Assembly (NCBI GenBank): GCA_003427395.1 | Contig: BFEA01000037.1 | Coordinates: forward strand, 335,862-399,861 | Reading direction: 5' to 3' | Origin: Chara braunii | Lineage: Eukaryota > Plantae > Charophyceae | Length of the DNA stretch: 64,000 nt | Shown here: positions 61,930 to 64,000 of the stretch, in pieces | How positions within the stretch are numbered: position 1 is the stretch's first letter | Layout: the number at the start of each line of letters is the position of its first letter | The notes under the pieces: model-generated | Databases searched by the model: none | What the model was told of the DNA's origin: nothing | What the model saw: the letters and a program-made list of their open reading frames with translations, nothing else | Made by a program: the position numbers and the translations under genes

Positions 61930-62586
61930 ATGAGTGCAATTCAGCCATCCCCTATCAGTGAATCGGTCCTGGCCAGTCTCAACAGGATAGCCCTCAAGGA
62001 TGCTATCCAGTATCAATATGTAAGTGCCCTAGGCTTCGGACAAGGCGGTCTGTCAATCTTTGCCGTCCTCACCAGATTTGCAAGCGGTACCATCCATGAC
62101 CTGAGACTCTACGTGACGAAAGGCAAAGAGACTCATGAGCACTTTGATTCAGTTTGGATTTCGGCTGCCAAGTACCTTGAGGAGAGAGAAAAGGAGTTTG
62201 ACGAGAGTGGGACAAAGTTGATCCGCAGCTTCAGACCCAAGCTCTATACCGACTACCCCAAGCCTCCAGTTCCCTTCACTCTCACGGATGGTTCTTACTG
62301 GGGTGACTTGGTGGATCTGGCCAAGAGGTACATCTCTCCTGCAATGATTGATTATGAGGCGGTAACCGAACCGTCTAAGTTCCGGCATCTCAGGCGTGGG
62401 ATCTTCTCTCAACCATATCTCCCTACTCTATGGGAGGAGTTTTGTGCTATGGTTGACTTTCGTGTCACTGGCCTCAAATGGAAGTGTTCAGAACGTGCAG
62501 GCTTTACGTGGCTCTATAAACAGATGCCACAATCTCAGGAGGTACATAGGCGTGGTTCGAGGCACAGGAAACGCACAGCCAAATGA
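61930..62586 (+). CDS. Unknown 218-aa protein encoded by family X (intact here)
   Basis: Open ATG-to-TGA frame with a basic C-terminus (RRGSRHRKRTAK). The paralogue at 9330-11653 differs mostly by synonymous or conservative changes. Confidence 0.75.
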   Translation: MSAIQPSPISESVLASLNRIALKDAIQYQYVSALGFGQGGLSIFAVLTRFASGTIHDLRLYVTKGKETHEHFDSVWISAAKYLEEREKEFDESGTKLIRSFRPKLYTDYPKPPVPFTLTDGSYWGDLVDLAKRYISPAMIDYEAVTEPSKFRHLRRGIFSQPYLPTLWEEFCAMVDFRVTGLKWKCSERAGFTWLYKQMPQSQEVHRRGSRHRKRTAK

Positions 62587-62771
62587 GATATAAATGATGA
62601 GAGTTTAGAGGAACGAGTGATGACGCGTAACCGGTGCTGGCCATGCCTATCTATTTGTACTTCCTGAGACTATTATGAGTTCTCCATCTTCCCTCACTTG
62701 CCTTTGTCATTGCTCAAGTCAGTCAGTCTTGCATCGTCCACATTGCCTTTGCTTTATGATTATGTTCTCTG

Positions 62772-63451
62772 ATGATCGTGTCAGAATTCTCAAAAGTGGT
62801 AAAATTGAGAAAATTGATACATGCATGACACACCAAAATTTCATGATTATTACTTGCATAATCTTTACTGTTTCGAATCAAAATAAAAGATTCCTAAGAT
62901 CAGGGTCTGGCCAAGACCGCAATTGAAAGGTCTCGCTCGAAGTCGAACGCACACAACAGGAAGGGATTTGCTTTATTTAATTTAATTTATTTATCGCACA
63001 CAAGCATAAAAATCCTGCGTGACAACCTGTTGGCTTTTTGGTCGCCAAGAGAGGTCTGACTAGAAAAAGTGTGACACCGGGTACCTCCGAAGAAGTATAA
63101 ATACAGAGGCAATGATCGTGTTAAAATTCTCAAAATTAGTAAAATTGAAAAAATTGATACATGCATAACACACCAAAATTTCATGATTATTACTTGTATA
63201 ATCCTTACTGTTTCGAATCAAAATAAAAGATTCCTAAGATCGGGGTCCGGCCAAGACCGCAATTGAAAGGTCTCGCTCAAAGCCGAACGCACACAACAGG
63301 AAGGGATTTGCTTTATTTAACTTATTTTATTTATCGCACACAAACATAAAAATCATGCGTGACAGCCTGTTGGCTTTCTGGTCGCCAAGAGAGGCTTGAC
63401 TAGAAAAAGTGTGACACCGGGTACCTCCGAAGAAGTATAAGTACAAAGGCA
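62772..63451. repeat. 340-bp tandem duplication spanning the family X / Gypsy LTR junction
   Basis: GTGACACCGG at 63071 and 63411; ATGATCGTG at 62772 and 63112. Confidence 0.9.
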
Positions 63452-64000
63452 ACGTCCAGCCATTCATTCATTCGCCTGTGAGTCCTGCATAAGAGTTGGC
63501 TTGGTATCTTGTGCGTGGAGGTCTACAGGTGCCTGGATATGAAGTGTGCGGTGAGGAAGACAGCGGCCATAGCTGGCTAGTGAGGAAGATAGCGGCCATA
63601 GTTGGCTAGTGAGGAAGACACTGGCGGCCATAGCTAGGAGGAGGAGGATGGCGGCGGCCATAGCTGCCCAGCGGCTGACACAAATGGAGTGTAGAGAGTG
63701 TGTGTGCCTGTGTTGCGTGGACATTCATGGTAGATCCTCGTACATGCATGCATGAGGGAGAGTGAGGCTGGTGGTGGAGACAATGTTCGGCGGCCATAAC
63801 CGCAAGTTGTACAATTGTCTTGAATAGAGTTTTAAGTGCAAGTTCGTTGTTGATTTTGAGTTGACGAGTTTGGTTTTGCCATCAGTTCTCGTGTATGCAT
63901 GTTGTACGCAAGTCTGAAGTGCGAGTCTGATTGCAAATAACACAAATTCGAAATAAAACATGACCACCTCAGATCGAACTCGATAAACAAAAATATTGTA

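Larger units (their letters stand above)
54950..63076. mobile_element. Family X: 8.1-kb TGTC...GACA insertion with a 4-bp TSD (giant solo-LTR-like)
   Basis: The empty site in the 5' LTR is GGC-CCGG-GTGCC. The filled site is GGC-CCGA|TGTCGG...GTGACA|CCGG-GTACC. Confidence 0.7.
47749..63934 (+). mobile_element. Chromovirus-type Gypsy element: 5' LTR from 47749, gag-pol about 49270-54385, PPT 54413-54425, 3' LTR from 54426 split by the family X insertion and resuming at 63077
   Basis: LTRs begin TGAAACGGTTTCA at 47749 and 54426. FLDDILVFS, TTDASQYGIG, integrase H-H-C-C, YRGPW, FHASKL and a chromodomain-like tail. 63077-63934 matches the 5' LTR at 48249-48530. Confidence 0.9.

Overview
Eukaryotic, gene-free window made almost entirely of nested and decayed transposable elements. 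The plant-type U6 fragments, chromodomain Gypsy elements and N-terminal GIY-YIG Penelope-like element suggest a green-lineage genome, plausibly a charophyte such as Chara; this is inference only. Main contents: (1) a Chlamys/Naiad-type Penelope-like retroelement (GIY-YIG, CxC linker, RT; minus strand, 3015-5836), followed on the same strand, across a 175-N gap, by a Josephin (ataxin-3-like) deubiquitinase domain joined through one stop codon to zinc fingers and a RING-like motif; (2) four Ty3/Gypsy remnants with PBS, PPT and LTR landmarks; (3) an 8.1-kb TG...CA insertion with a 4-bp target duplication and no gag-pol, encoding a 218-aa unknown protein whose second copy shows mainly synonymous or conservative changes; (4) an unclassified repeat family carrying a ~370-nt module with compensatory base changes; (5) an apparently complete type III hammerhead ribozyme plus a decayed relative; (6) TTAA-targeting TIR elements and a hAT-like MITE carrying inverted U6 snRNA copies; (7) group II intron maturase fragments, tRNA-like fragments and minisatellites. 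All homology calls come from motif recognition by eye; no searches were run.
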